NCBI GenBank assembly: GCA_963786955.1
Contig: CAWBAT010000008.1
Coordinates: 192,001-256,000, forward strand
DNA from: an uncultured Acidimicrobiia bacterium
GTDB taxonomy: Bacteria > Acidobacteriota > Terriglobia > Versatilivoradales > Versatilivoraceae
Reading direction: 5' to 3'
DNA: 64,000 nucleotides
In this document: positions 1-9,875 of the stretch, in pieces
How positions within the stretch are numbered: position 1 is the stretch's first letter
How the letters are laid out: each line of letters opens with the position of its first letter
Position numbers and translations under genes: made by a program
Notes under the pieces: model-generated
What the model saw: the letters and a program-made list of their open reading frames with translations, nothing else
Database searches by the model: none
Told to the model about the DNA's origin: nothing

Positions 1-90
1 ACCTTCAACCACGACATGGTCAGGCTCTTTTTGCTGGAGCAAGTCTATCGGGCCTTTACCATGATTCACCATATTCCCTACCACAAGTAA
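1..90 (+). CDS. rlmH: 23S rRNA pseudouridine-1915 N3-methyltransferase RlmH, 3' end (partial)
   Basis: Frame 1 reads TFNHDMVRLFLLEQVYRAFTMIHHIPYHK*, the characteristic RlmH C-terminus (H..R..L.EQ.YRA....PYH). Confidence 0.9.
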   Translation, partial: TFNHDMVRLFLLEQVYRAFTMIHHIPYHK

Positions 91-430
91 TAGAAGTTTG
101 CCCTACGCGGTTATCGGTGAATTGAAATGGGTTTGGGAGTTCGCGTCTGGAGAAGTGATCGGTTGAACACTCCCCCATGGATATTTATTCTCAATGAGGC
201 GGTTTGCAAGATTCCGGAGTGCCCCTCACCTTCCAGCCCCTCTCCCGCAAGGGGCGAGGGGGGCCGAGAATTCATTTCTCTTGTTCTATCCCGCGTTGGC
301 GTGAGGGGTGCTGAAAAATGTGAGTGTTATGGGGAGCGGGGGCCGTTCACTCTTTGGACATTCCCTACTTGGGAAAGGCGATACACAGTGGAGCTCTTGC
401 GAATCCATGAGTCAAGGTCTACGCCGATGT

Positions 431-1579
431 CTACGCCCGACCCCCTGCATGCACCGGATAAACACATTCCTGGCCCTCCTGGAAAAGAGCCAGGACATTT
501 TCCGGGGGGACATCCGGCTGGATATTGTGGACGGAGGTCAACACATAGCCTCCGTTTTTGCCCATGAGTTCAAACATCCGCTGGACTTCTTGGCTGACCT
601 GTTCAGGGGAACCCTGAGGGAGAAGGTGGTGGCTGTCTATCCCTCCCCAAAACGTGATCCGATCTCCGAATTCCCGCTTGAGTCGCCCGGGTTCCATGTT
701 TCTTGCTGTCACTTGGACGGGGTTCAGGGCATCGATTCCCATATCAATGAAATCGTTGAGATACAGATAAACAGAACCGCAGCTGTGGTAGAGCGTTTTG
801 GCTTTGGTCCTGCTGTGAATGATGTCTAACGCGCGCTCGTGAAAGGGCCGGATGAGCTTGCGATAATTGGCCAACGAACAGATAGGGCGATCCTGCTGGC
901 CGACGTCATCTCCGAAGGCGACAATGTCGATGAACTCGCCTACTTCTGAAAGTGCCCTAAGGTTGAGCTCGAACAGATTTTCGGCGACAGCTTCCATCAA
1001 ACAATGAAAGAGGTTTTGGTCTTGGGCTAAATCCATGAACCAATTTTCAAAGCCGCGCAGATATTGTGTCATGTGGACGACGTGGAAGCGCGCGTTGTAA
1101 ATCACGGCATATTCGGTCTGTTCGTGAAGCTGCTTGGCCTTTTCTCTCAGACCGCGAAAACGGCCTGGATCGGTCGGATCGGGGAAAGGGTAGCGAGCAA
1201 TGTGCTCAGGGGTAATATTGCCGGACAGCGGACTGGTTTCCATCTCGTAAAAATAACAACCTGGCGGCTTGCGTCGAATCACACCCCACTCGTCCAACCA
1301 GCGTTCCGCATCCAGATCCAAGTCCCCGCCCTCGTCAGGCGGATTCTGTCCGAAAGCTCTGGCATCCACATCCAGATACTGAAGCACCCGCTCATCCATT
1401 TCCACGAGTTGCTGCATCCGGTCAACCATCGGGCCGGTTTCGCCGAACCCCAGATGGCGGCATAGCCTTTCGTAGGCGGGTTTCACCATTCCGGTGAAAC
1501 GTGCGCTGCCCAAGTCCATGGGTACTCGATCCGGTTCCTGATGATTGAGCGCTGCCAGTACCCGTTCTCGATGTGTCAT
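431..1579 (-). CDS. Uroporphyrinogen decarboxylase (URO-D/MtaA-CmuA-like) family protein
   Basis: 382 aa. N-terminal MT.RERV.AAL.H.EPDRVP.D, plus DDVG, YHSCG, WGGID and C-terminal HNIQPDVPPEN motifs. Confidence 0.85.
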   Translation of the reverse strand: MTHRERVLAALNHQEPDRVPMDLGSARFTGMVKPAYERLCRHLGFGETGPMVDRMQQLVEMDERVLQYLDVDARAFGQNPPDEGGDLDLDAERWLDEWGVIRRKPPGCYFYEMETSPLSGNITPEHIARYPFPDPTDPGRFRGLREKAKQLHEQTEYAVIYNARFHVVHMTQYLRGFENWFMDLAQDQNLFHCLMEAVAENLFELNLRALSEVGEFIDIVAFGDDVGQQDRPICSLANYRKLIRPFHERALDIIHSRTKAKTLYHSCGSVYLYLNDFIDMGIDALNPVQVTARNMEPGRLKREFGDRITFWGGIDSHHLLPQGSPEQVSQEVQRMFELMGKNGGYVLTSVHNIQPDVPPENVLALFQEGQECVYPVHAGGRA

Positions 1580-1842
1580 GAGTTTCCTCCGAAGTAGGCC
1601 TTAGCTCCCTACAGGCTGCAATCTAAAATCATTAGATCATAACTGGAAACGCCATTCAGCTTGAAAATCTTAAGCTTTCGTTCGTTAATAGAGTTAGAGG
1701 GGTCAGCCCGGAATGGCTAAAAAACAAGGTTCTTGTATTTTCCAATTTAATGACTATAATACTGCGTTTTATTTCAGTGCCGCCATTCCTTGTGGAATGG
1801 CAGCGTCATCGCACCCAATCAATAGGCTGGGAGTTGCTTAGA

Positions 1843-2205
1843 ATGGATTCAAGAAAATACGATCATTTCAAAAAGAAACTTCAGGAAAAGAAAACCGAAC
1901 TTTTCAAAACAGTTTCGAAAACAGAGCAATATGGGCGTGAGGCCGATGAGGATGCGACTCAGGATATTGCCGACAAGGCTGCCAACTCCTATACCAAGGA
2001 GTTTCTGTTCAGTCAAAGCAGTAATGAGCGAAGTACTCTTCAATTAATAGACGAAGCAATCCAACGGCTTGAGGACGGGAAGTTCGGCTCTTGCGTTGCC
2101 TGCGAAAATGAAATTCAGCAGAAGCGACTTGAAGCAGTTCCTTGGACCAGACACTGCATTGCTTGCCAGGAACTTCAAGAACAAGGTCTTCTTCAAGAAG
2201 AATGA
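1843..2205 (+). CDS. DksA/TraR family C4 zinc-finger transcription factor
   Basis: ATG at 1843 after GGGAG. DxxDxA motif (DIADKA), CVAC...CIAC zinc finger, RLEAVPW. Confidence 0.9.
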   Translation: MDSRKYDHFKKKLQEKKTELFKTVSKTEQYGREADEDATQDIADKAANSYTKEFLFSQSSNERSTLQLIDEAIQRLEDGKFGSCVACENEIQQKRLEAVPWTRHCIACQELQEQGLLQEE

Positions 2206-2995
2206 GGCTCCGGGATTCTCCCCGGCCCGTGCGGAACGATGCTTGAAGACTGTATCCCGAACGATTGCGCCACTTGTTGATTCCCTCCTGAGTATTATCT
2301 TTCCTTGTACTTGCCGATTGTGCCACAAGATTGTTGGCGATTCCGCCTTCGGTGTGGTCTGCGAAGACTGCTGGAACAAGATCAAAGCCATCGAGGACCC
2401 CTTCTGCTCAGTTTGTGGTTACCCCTTTGTTTCCAAATGTGTTGAACCGGGTGCACTCTGCGGCAGTTGTCGACATCAACTCTTTGCCTTCGATTTTGCT
2501 CGCTCCTATTCTTCTTTCAGCGATCCGCTAAAAGAAATCATTCACCAATTTAAATACTGCGGCCATCTCAGCCTCGCGCGCCCATTGGGACGACATCTTC
2601 AGGCTGTTTATCATTCTTTTCCAGCGGCTCTCCGTTCCGACGTCATTATACCCGTCCCGCTGCACAAGGCCCGTGAGCGAGAGCGAGGGTTTAACCAGGC
2701 TGCTGAACTGGCAAAGCAGTTGAGTGGCCTCACGCGCATTCCTTTTCAGCCCGGCTGGTTTGTCCGCACGAGACCGACCGAGGTTCAGGCCGGTCTTTCA
2801 CGCCGGCAACGTAGAATGAATCTAAAAGGAGCTTTTCAGGTCTCTCGCCGTGCCGTTCTTGCCAACCGCGACATTTTGCTCTTGGACGATGTGTTTACTA
2901 CCGGAGCAACCCTCAATGAATGTGCTACGATTCTAAAGAGGAGCGGGTGTCGTCGAGTCAATGTTTTGACCATTGCTCGTGTTTCCAGAGACTAA
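2069..2995 (+). CDS. comF: ComF family protein (double zinc ribbon plus PRTase domain); true start probably near 2240
   Basis: CRLC/CEDC/CSVC/CGSC ribbons, PVPLH...RERGFNQ and LLDDVFTTGAT PRPP-binding loop. Confidence 0.85.
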   Translation: MRTGSSALALPAKMKFSRSDLKQFLGPDTALLARNFKNKVFFKKNEAPGFSPARAERCLKTVSRTIAPLVDSLLSIIFPCTCRLCHKIVGDSAFGVVCEDCWNKIKAIEDPFCSVCGYPFVSKCVEPGALCGSCRHQLFAFDFARSYSSFSDPLKEIIHQFKYCGHLSLARPLGRHLQAVYHSFPAALRSDVIIPVPLHKARERERGFNQAAELAKQLSGLTRIPFQPGWFVRTRPTEVQAGLSRRQRRMNLKGAFQVSRRAVLANRDILLLDDVFTTGATLNECATILKRSGCRRVNVLTIARVSRD

Positions 2996-4319
2996 AAGTT
3001 TTCTGAATTCCAATTTTGAAACTATGAATATTTCAGCCTGCTCGCACCTGAAACGAGCACATCTAAAATCAGATTGTGAAAATTGGATATTATGGTTTTT
3101 CGGATCTTTTATTCTGAATCCATCCCCGCGGGGAAGGTATGAAGAAATTCAATTTTGGTTCCCCTCCTTGGTAAGGAGGGGGCGAGGGGGTGGTCGTAAG
3201 CCCTGCTGGACGAACCCCCTGGAGTCCCCCTTAACCAAGAGGGACACTCGCAGAGCCGCACCGAAACCAATTCTTTCGCACCTTCGGGGAACAGGCAAGT
3301 TTTGGACATTATTTTTTTTCACTTTGGGGTTAGGCCCTGGCCTGTTTGCGCTTCCGCAACAGAAGGGAGAAAGCTCAGAGACTTCTGCGGTACCGGTCGT
3401 GGATCATCTCCCCCCCGACTATTTCCCGATGCATCTTGGCGACCGTTGGATTTATTTGAGAACGGATAGTCGTTTTAAGAAATCGGAACAGATTGTTGTC
3501 CAAATCATCAACACTTCAATCATCAAATGGAAGACTTACTATGTCTTCAATCGACTCCCTTTCGTCCCTCGTCTGGAGAATGCCAACAATGTGCTGGTGC
3601 GATATGATCCGGATAACAAGCGCTTCTTGTATCTGTTAGAGGGAAAAGAACTTCCGTTGCTCCCGGTCGGTCTCGGCGTCGCCGCCAAATTCGATGCATC
3701 TGTTGACGAAAACGGGAAACGAGTCTTCAACCGATTGAGTTACCTGACCTGTGTCGACTGTGAAGACCAAGGTATGGAAATGGTGTTTGACCAGGGGATC
3801 GGGGTCACCGCTGTCCTCATCACCTACGCGTGGGGGACGGAAAGCTTTGATATGAGATCAGCCGACGTGAATTTACGGCACTATGGGGAAACCATTCGCG
3901 AGGATCCCAAGAAATCGCCCAAGGGAGCCAATCGTGGAGGGCCGGTGGTCAGCCGTGCCGACCCCGAGATCAGGGTCGAAGTCGAGAAAAGCAACTCAAA
4001 GGCGCACTTGGTGATGCGTGTAAAAAACCCGACCGAAAGTTATTTAAGCCTCCACTTCACCACCAGTCAGACTTACGATTTCATTATTAGGGACAAAGAG
4101 ACCGGAAAAGAAGTGTGGCGTTGGTCAAAGGGAAATTTCTATTCCCGGGTAAGGCGAAATGTCGCCATACTACCCGAAGCGGAATGGCGGTTTGAATTCT
4201 TTTGGGACTTTAAGAACAGCGACAGAGATGAACTCACTCACGGTGTTTACGAGGTCAGCGCCGTATTGACGACACGGGAGCCTCGCGAATCGGAGCCAAT
4301 CACGATCACCGTCCCATGA
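2973..4319 (+). CDS. Secreted protein with C-terminal BsuPI (intracellular proteinase inhibitor)-like Ig domain; start uncertain
   Basis: C-terminal LHFTTSQTYDFIIRD..GKEVWRWS...F.WD resembles BsuPI domains. Hydrophobic signal-like stretch FWTLFFFTLGLGPGLFA near 3300. The 5' part of the ORF runs through repeat DNA. Confidence 0.6.
   Translation: MLVFPETKSFLNSNFETMNISACSHLKRAHLKSDCENWILWFFGSFILNPSPRGRYEEIQFWFPSLVRRGRGGGRKPCWTNPLESPLTKRDTRRAAPKPILSHLRGTGKFWTLFFFTLGLGPGLFALPQQKGESSETSAVPVVDHLPPDYFPMHLGDRWIYLRTDSRFKKSEQIVVQIINTSIIKWKTYYVFNRLPFVPRLENANNVLVRYDPDNKRFLYLLEGKELPLLPVGLGVAAKFDASVDENGKRVFNRLSYLTCVDCEDQGMEMVFDQGIGVTAVLITYAWGTESFDMRSADVNLRHYGETIREDPKKSPKGANRGGPVVSRADPEIRVEVEKSNSKAHLVMRVKNPTESYLSLHFTTSQTYDFIIRDKETGKEVWRWSKGNFYSRVRRNVAILPEAEWRFEFFWDFKNSDRDELTHGVYEVSAVLTTREPRESEPITITVP
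3161..3245. repeat. C/G-box hairpin repeat pair
   Basis: CCCCTCCTT-GGT-AAGGAGGGG-GCGAGGGGGTGG followed by an inverted degenerate copy. Relatives at 222-262, 22043-22075, 25744-25776, 29290-29350 and 42307-42413. Confidence 0.7.
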
Positions 4320-4519
4320 GGAATCAATGGGAGTAGGTGACGGGCGTAATTTTTGACCCCACAAGACGGTAGCAACAGGCCTGTTTGCCGGGCGCAACGC
4401 CCCATAAGTTCTAACCAAAGCTTGGATGATGGGTTCATTCCGGAATTCCCGGTTGAGCAGATGACACCCAGAATTGGGAAACGCCAAGATCGCAAAGGTT
4501 GGTAAGAGTAGGAGCCTTC

Positions 4520-4921
4520 ATGTCCGCCGACGAAGTAGCTCAGTACATGAATTCATGAATACGGTGACGTTAACGCCGGGTCGGTGACCCGGCCTACAAC
4601 TTTGTAGGCCGCGTGACCCCACGCGGCTCCTAACCTCAGAAACGTCGCCACAGGGTTGAATGCGAATTTGCTGTTCCGCTAGAGTTTGAAGAGGTGCTTA
4701 TTGAGGTCAGTTAGCGCATCGACATGCGAATCGACCAATTGGTGTTGGTGGAAAACCAGACGGTCGAAAAAGTTCTCCCCATCCACCTCGCTCAGTTGCT
4801 GACATACTTGAAATGGAGCGGCTTGTCTTTGGGGTTGATCATCAATTGGAACATGATTTTGTTACACGACGGCATCCAGCGGGTAGCCAGAAACTATGCG
4901 AAAGAACTGCGGGTAGGATAG
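4520..4921 (+). pseudogene. GxxExxY (PD-(D/E)XK-like) family pseudogene, interrupted
   Basis: GGAG then ATG (MSADEVAQ) at 4520. After the inserted element it reads HRVECEFAVPLEFEEVLIEVS*RIDMRIDQLVLVEN...HLAQLLTYLK.SG..LGLIINW, with an in-frame TAG. The GxxExxY motif segment itself is missing. Confidence 0.8.
4536..4650. mobile_element. Nested MITE/REP-doublet element, copy A (right outer end missing)
   Basis: Near-identical to 20020-20135: TAGCTCAGTAC, 11 nt, then AATACGGTGACGTTAACGCC...GGCCTACAACTTTGTAGGCC...ACGTC. Confidence 0.75.
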
Positions 4922-5089
4922 GATCAGGCGGCTGACCGAAGTGGATCCTCTTTTCTTGGCGTGCTTGGCGTTTCGTTCTGCCGACGACAGGCGTGGGCGC
5001 CTGTCGCCACTGAAGACAGTAGCAATGAGCGTCTTCGCCTGTTGTCCGAAGCCAGCGGCTCAGGCTACAGCCGCGGAGAGTCTTGACTT

Positions 5090-6589
5090 CTAAACCCGCC
5101 TAGAGTGCAATTTTCCCGCGAAACCCCACATCATCACCCCATAAAAAGGCAAGAATTGCAGGGCCAGTAGTACCTGATTCTGATGCCATACTCCGAGCGT
5201 CCACCAATCGATCAGTACATAGTAAGAGAGGGCAATCGTAGTACTCAGTAGGAGCCAGGCGGGATTGGGAAAGAAACAGAGGAATGGCACAATCCAAACG
5301 ACATACCAGGGAAACAAATTGGGACTGCAAAGCAGCGTGATGCCGACCATCCAGTAGCATTGTTCTAAGAGACTCGTTTTGCGCGAGAGGGTAAAAGCGA
5401 GCACGGTCAGGACTAAGATCAGAAGAATCAGTTCGGCCAATGCTTCAGAATGGAGCTGCGAAGAAAGGCCTTGATAGAGGAACCCATTGAACCTCCATTT
5501 CTTGCGGTAATGCCAGAGCGCACTGAACATATGGGGGCCTGCCAGCGCGTACGGAAGGCTACCCGTGAAGAGAATGAGTGGAAGAATCCAAAACCTCCCC
5601 AATGGGATCTTACGCAAGAAGAGCGGGACTGTAACGAGGGGATACCATTTGCAGAGGATCGAAGCGCCCAGACTGAATAGCGACCTGTAGGTCAAGCTTC
5701 TTTGATAGAACCAGAGGGACTGGAGAACCAGTGCGACCACCAACACGTCGTGGTGCCCACTCCCCGCAATCTCAACGACAACCAAGGGATTCCACGCATA
5801 CACAATGACCTGCAGTGGGTCTTTTTGATTGGCTCGAAGGAGCAAAAACAAAATCCGAAGGACCCAGAGATCTAGCGCGATGAAAACCAGCTTGAAACCC
5901 CAGACCGATCGAAAGAGAAAAAAAGTCAGCGCGTTGAAGAGTTGCATGAATGGAGGATAAATGGCAGGAACATCTTTATTGTTGACCCTCTCCCAGGTCG
6001 CACTGCGGTAATTTCTGAGGAGCTCGGACTGAGGTGCCACTTGATAAGGATTGAATCCCTCAATCTGAATAGAGCCTTCCCACGCATAACGATAAACATC
6101 ATCCGAGAGAGAAGGGGGAGAAAAGAACATAATCAGTCGAAACACGATGGCGAAAAAAATGATCATCTTAATCATTTTTGCATTTTCTGTCTTCGCTGCC
6201 CTCGACGGGTCTTTCTTCGGAGGAGTGATTGTACCTTCCGAAAGGTTAACAGTGCTAAGTGTCTTCCCCAGAGGAGGCGGATTTGAATCAGACGGATGGG
6301 TCAGGTTGGGGGATTTCGAACCAGTCCCCTGAACATTCGCTATCTTAAGGGAAACAAGGTAGATAATTCCCAAAAGGAGATCGCAAAATAAGAATTCAGG
6401 GACCTTTTGCCTCAAATCTCCCAAACTGTATAGGAAAAGGTACCCCAGGCAGGAGGCCAACCCCCAGCCTATTAAACTGATAAACTGAAGTTGGGAAAGA
6501 ATTTGAGATTGATCTTTCGGGGCAGCAAAGGTATATTTTCTGTTGCTTTGGACAGACTGTATGGGCGAATTTACCGGGGTGAATTCCAT
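5090..6589 (-). CDS. Polytopic GT-C fold membrane glycosyltransferase (GT87/DUF2029-like)
   Basis: SDDVYRYAWEG, YPP, YAWNPL..EIAGSGHHD and PWY motifs, with many hydrophobic helices. Confidence 0.75.
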   Translation of the reverse strand: MEFTPVNSPIQSVQSNRKYTFAAPKDQSQILSQLQFISLIGWGLASCLGYLFLYSLGDLRQKVPEFLFCDLLLGIIYLVSLKIANVQGTGSKSPNLTHPSDSNPPPLGKTLSTVNLSEGTITPPKKDPSRAAKTENAKMIKMIIFFAIVFRLIMFFSPPSLSDDVYRYAWEGSIQIEGFNPYQVAPQSELLRNYRSATWERVNNKDVPAIYPPFMQLFNALTFFLFRSVWGFKLVFIALDLWVLRILFLLLRANQKDPLQVIVYAWNPLVVVEIAGSGHHDVLVVALVLQSLWFYQRSLTYRSLFSLGASILCKWYPLVTVPLFLRKIPLGRFWILPLILFTGSLPYALAGPHMFSALWHYRKKWRFNGFLYQGLSSQLHSEALAELILLILVLTVLAFTLSRKTSLLEQCYWMVGITLLCSPNLFPWYVVWIVPFLCFFPNPAWLLLSTTIALSYYVLIDWWTLGVWHQNQVLLALQFLPFYGVMMWGFAGKLHSRRV

Positions 6590-6651
6590 ATTCAGCGAGT
6601 CCTTGGAGAGGATTTGATTTGCCAGATCAATTTACTGAAGGTGAATGAACA

Positions 6652-8244
6652 ATGTTTGGGTTATTAGGACAAGGTCTCTTTTTTCAATTGAAAAAATTCT
6701 TCGTTCCTTCCGGACCGTATAAATATTTTGTCGACCATACCAGGTCCTACTACGCCCTCGACACTTTTGACATCCTGATTTTGGTACCCTACTTTACCAT
6801 ATTGATCATTTTGGCCCTCTATGGCTTGCATCGTTATCAATTGGTTTATCTCTATCTGAAAAACAAGAAGCCCATTTCCGAGCCTGAAAAATTCTCGCAA
6901 CTCCCCACTGTCACCATCCAATTGCCCGTGTATAACGAGATGTATGTAGTGGAACGCCTGGTGGACTCCGTGGCAGCAATCCAGTATCCGAAAGAGTTGC
7001 TGGAAATTCAGCTGCTTGACGATTCAACCGATGAAACAAAATTTATCGCTGAAAAGACCGTCGAGTCCTGGAGGAAACAGGGAGTCGATATTCACTTCAT
7101 CCACCGCGACAATCGGTGGGGTTTCAAAGCCGGAGCGCTTGAAAATGGACTAAGAACAGCCAAGGGACAATTTATCGCAATCTTTGATGCTGACTTCATC
7201 CCGGACCCCGAATTCCTCTATAAGACCATTCACTCCTTTACCAATCCGAAAATTGGCATGGTGCAGACCCGCTGGGGTCACATCAACCGTGATTATAGCC
7301 ATCTCACCCAGGTGGAAGCGATGATTCTGGATGGACATTTTGTTATGGAACATGGAGGGAGATCGAGCTCCGGTAGATTTTTTAACTTCAATGGTACGGC
7401 AGGCATTTGGAGACGGGAAGCCATCGAAGATTCCGGGGGATGGCAGCACGATACTTTGACGGAAGATACCGACCTTAGTTACAGGGCTCAAATGAAAGGC
7501 TGGGAATTTCTCTATCTGTCCAATGTTGTGTGTCCGGCCGAATTGCCGGTCGAAATGACGGACTTCAAGAACCAGCAATTTCGCTGGGCGAAGGGTTTGG
7601 TCCAGACTGCAATTAAGTTACTGCCTCAGATCCTGCGCAGCAACCTCCCGCTTAAAATCAAGTCCGAAGCGGTTTTCCACCTGACCGCAAACTGTTCTTA
7701 CCCGCTTATGGTGATTTTTGCCTTCATCTTTCTGCCCGCTATGATCGTCCGTTTTTATCAGGGCTGGTTTCAGATGTTGCTGATCGACCTGCCCTTGTTC
7801 ATGGCAGCGACGATGTCCGTCTCGTCGTTTTATATGATTTCCCAGCGTGAGCTTTATCCCGATTCCTGGAAAAAGAGGCTTAAATATCTACCTTTCATGA
7901 TGTCGGTCGGGATTGGACTTTCGGTGAGCAATTCCAGAGCTGTGATGGAAGCAATTTTGGGTATCAAGACTTCGTTTAATCGAACCCCGAAATATTGCAT
8001 CGATTCGGCCCAACAAAATCCCCTTCCATCCAGGAAGTATCGTAGAAAAGGGGGTTACACGCCGTATCTCGAGTTGTTTTTGGGAGTCTATTTCGCCATT
8101 ACCGTGATGTATGCGTTCTCGAATGAAAACTACGCCACACTCCCCTTCTTGATGTTGTTTGTCGTCGGTTTCATCTACACAGGGATCATGTCTCTCTTTC
8201 AGAACAATCTGCCGCGCTTCCTGAGTTCGAAGATTCCGCACTGA
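6652..8244 (+). CDS. GT2 cellulose-synthase-like (CslA-type) glycosyltransferase
   Basis: QLPVYNE, DDSTD, GFKAG, FDADF, TEDTDLS and QQFRW processive GT2 motifs, with flanking TM helices. Confidence 0.9.
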   Translation: MFGLLGQGLFFQLKKFFVPSGPYKYFVDHTRSYYALDTFDILILVPYFTILIILALYGLHRYQLVYLYLKNKKPISEPEKFSQLPTVTIQLPVYNEMYVVERLVDSVAAIQYPKELLEIQLLDDSTDETKFIAEKTVESWRKQGVDIHFIHRDNRWGFKAGALENGLRTAKGQFIAIFDADFIPDPEFLYKTIHSFTNPKIGMVQTRWGHINRDYSHLTQVEAMILDGHFVMEHGGRSSSGRFFNFNGTAGIWRREAIEDSGGWQHDTLTEDTDLSYRAQMKGWEFLYLSNVVCPAELPVEMTDFKNQQFRWAKGLVQTAIKLLPQILRSNLPLKIKSEAVFHLTANCSYPLMVIFAFIFLPAMIVRFYQGWFQMLLIDLPLFMAATMSVSSFYMISQRELYPDSWKKRLKYLPFMMSVGIGLSVSNSRAVMEAILGIKTSFNRTPKYCIDSAQQNPLPSRKYRRKGGYTPYLELFLGVYFAITVMYAFSNENYATLPFLMLFVVGFIYTGIMSLFQNNLPRFLSSKIPH

Positions 8245-8322
8245 CAACTCCATTTGACAATCTGGCATTGGCTCCGGCGAGGAATGCCGGCGCCCAGTTG
8301 AGTTCTAACTTGCGGGACCCTT

Positions 8323-9690
8323 TTGCTCATGGCCAAAAAGTATCTAATGATGGTTTGTTTCGGTGGACTGCTGTGGATTTGGCCTAGTCCGGCGCTCCCC
8401 GGCACCATTTCGCCTTCAAAGGAAGAATATAAGGCTCGAAGGCAGCATTATATGGATCGAGTCCATGACGGGGTTACTGTGGTCTTTAATGCCCCAGAAA
8501 CAGAAGATGAATTCGTCGTAAGTAGGGATTTCTACTATCTGACCGGGTTTTCCGAGCCGGACGCCATCCTCGTTCTTTCTCCCAAACAGAAAGAGGAGAA
8601 GGTGACGTTGTTCATCCCGGAAAAAAATCCGGACAAGGAGCGCTGGACGGGGCCTAGATTGGAAGCCGGGCGCGAGGCAGAGGAGATGTTGGGAATCGAA
8701 CGAATCCTGACAACCAATCATTTTCAATTTGAATTGTCTCAATTGTGTGCGTCGGAAAAAGTGATCTATACCGTTTTCCCAGTGCATTCTCATGGAGACA
8801 CTCCAACTTTCGAGGACATGCAGGTGGAACGGTTGAAGAAGTTATTTCCGTTTTCGCAGATCAGAAACGCAGCGCCCGAAATCGCTTCGCTTCGGATGAA
8901 GAAATCCAGTGCAGAGATTAATTTGTTAAAAAAGGCGATTGAAATTACTTTGGCCGGTCAGAGGGCGGCTGCCTTGGCGATTGCTGACAACCGCTACGAA
9001 TATGAAGTTGAAGCGGCGCTGGAATACGAATTTCACCGCCTCGGATCAGCTAGGCCGGGGTATCCTTCTATCGTAGGCTCTGGACCGAATTCTTGCATTT
9101 TACACTATGATCAAAACAACAGGATGATGAGGAACGGGGAGCTGGTAGTCGTCGATGTCGGAGCGGTATTCGAAGAGTACACGGCGGATATCACTCGGAC
9201 TTATCCCGTCGGAGGAAAGTTCAATCCTCGACAACTCGAGATTTACGACATTGTCCTGGCAGCTCAAGAGGCAGCCTTGAAGCAAGTTAAGCCAGGCGTT
9301 CAGATTGGGAGGAACGGTCCCATCTATAGGACTGCCTATGATTACATAAATACCCATGGACAAGATCGCCAGGGGAATTCCCTCGGCAGCTACTTTATCC
9401 ACGGGGTCAGTCATCACTTGGGACTTGACGTTCATGATGTCGTTGGGGATCTAAATAGGACACTCGAACCAGGAATGGTGATTACGGTGGAACCCGGCAT
9501 CTATATTCCCGAAGAAAACCTGGGAGTCCGGATTGAAGACGATGTACTTGTCACGGAAACCGGTTATGAATTGCTCTCCAAGGATTTGCCTCGAAAAGCA
9601 GCGGATATAGAGGCGCTCATGGCCCAGATTAAAGAACGGCCATCCCCTGCGGTGGAGACTCGGAAGCAGGCTCCGGAACCTGTGAAATAA
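8323..9690 (+). CDS. pepP: Xaa-Pro aminopeptidase (M24B) with signal peptide
   Basis: FYYLTGF.EPDA, DVGA, ADITRT, HHLGLDVHD, TVEPGIY and GVRIEDD motifs. Confidence 0.9.
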   Translation: MLMAKKYLMMVCFGGLLWIWPSPALPGTISPSKEEYKARRQHYMDRVHDGVTVVFNAPETEDEFVVSRDFYYLTGFSEPDAILVLSPKQKEEKVTLFIPEKNPDKERWTGPRLEAGREAEEMLGIERILTTNHFQFELSQLCASEKVIYTVFPVHSHGDTPTFEDMQVERLKKLFPFSQIRNAAPEIASLRMKKSSAEINLLKKAIEITLAGQRAAALAIADNRYEYEVEAALEYEFHRLGSARPGYPSIVGSGPNSCILHYDQNNRMMRNGELVVVDVGAVFEEYTADITRTYPVGGKFNPRQLEIYDIVLAAQEAALKQVKPGVQIGRNGPIYRTAYDYINTHGQDRQGNSLGSYFIHGVSHHLGLDVHDVVGDLNRTLEPGMVITVEPGIYIPEENLGVRIEDDVLVTETGYELLSKDLPRKAADIEALMAQIKERPSPAVETRKQAPEPVK

Positions 9691-9875
9691 TTGCGGGCTT
9701 TTGTAGAGAACGCGCGCTGTGTCTTTCCTTGTTGACCGACCGGGAAACCTTGCAGCCGGAGTTCCCTAGCGCTTCGAGAAAATGCTGTGAGAAGTCATGT
9801 GTCCTGCAGGGAGATTGGAATGCTAAAAAGAATCGACCATTTAATTTAAATGACAAGTTTCAGGAGGAATGCGGC

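Noticed and set aside
196-406. MITE with ends GGTTTGCAAGA / TCTTGCGAATCC (similarly weak ends at about 3007-3092)
   Set aside because: IRs are short and imperfect, there is no second copy in the window and no clear target duplication.
127-829. Long alternative ORFs 127-567 and 308-829, and the many antisense ORFs elsewhere in the track
   Set aside because: They are shadows of real genes or translations of repeat DNA with no protein motifs.
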